Shown piece after piece: positions 51,251 to 64,000 of a stretch of 64,000 nt of DNA. Position 1 is the first letter of the stretch; each line of letters opens with the position of its first letter. The DNA is from the human T2T-CHM13v2.0 reference genome, Homo sapiens, in assembly GCF_009914755.1 (NCBI RefSeq), contig NC_060947.1; one strand, given 5' to 3'. The position numbers were made by a program, and so were the translations under genes. The notes below the pieces were generated by a model that did not search any database, was not told the origin of the DNA, and saw only the letters and a program-made list of their open reading frames with translations.

Positions 51251-51259
51251 GCCACAATT

Positions 51260-55057
<3,798 letters not shown>

Positions 55058-55126
55058 AAACTATGACTCAGTATCTAGAATCCATGAAAGAAAACATAAA
55101 TTTATTTATATAAATATAAAATTTGC

Positions 55127-64000
<8,874 letters not shown>

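Overview
Primate (almost certainly human) genomic DNA. The left half holds the 5' part of FGD1 (Cdc42 GEF, Aarskog-Scott gene) on the minus strand. Coding exons 1-8 could be placed to the base with GT-AG boundaries and splice into one open frame (c.1-1636): Pro-rich N-terminus, DSGIDS degron, acidic tract and most of the DH domain. Intron 1 is about 23.6 kb and the promoter is a CpG island near 31.9-33.2 kb. The right half (33.3-64 kb) is intergenic and almost all repeats: Alu, L1, L2, MIR, MaLR LTRs and DNA transposons. Nearly all ORFs in the supplied track are Alu or low-complexity artefacts. I see no convincing new multi-gene system. The best unexplained structures are: (1) a single AUG-initiated poly-alanine uORF preceded by (GGGGCC)3 in the FGD1 leader; (2) a frame-preserving 39-nt candidate microexon upstream of a (UG)n tract; (3) an antisense Alu acceptor that would extend exon 3 by exactly 240 nt in frame; (4) a 143-bp hairpin-bearing direct repeat flanking exon 5; (5) an apparent L1 3' transduction bounded by a 12-bp TSD; (6) a tailless U6 5' fragment inside an Alu. 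Repeat subfamily names and repeat coordinates are by eye and approximate.
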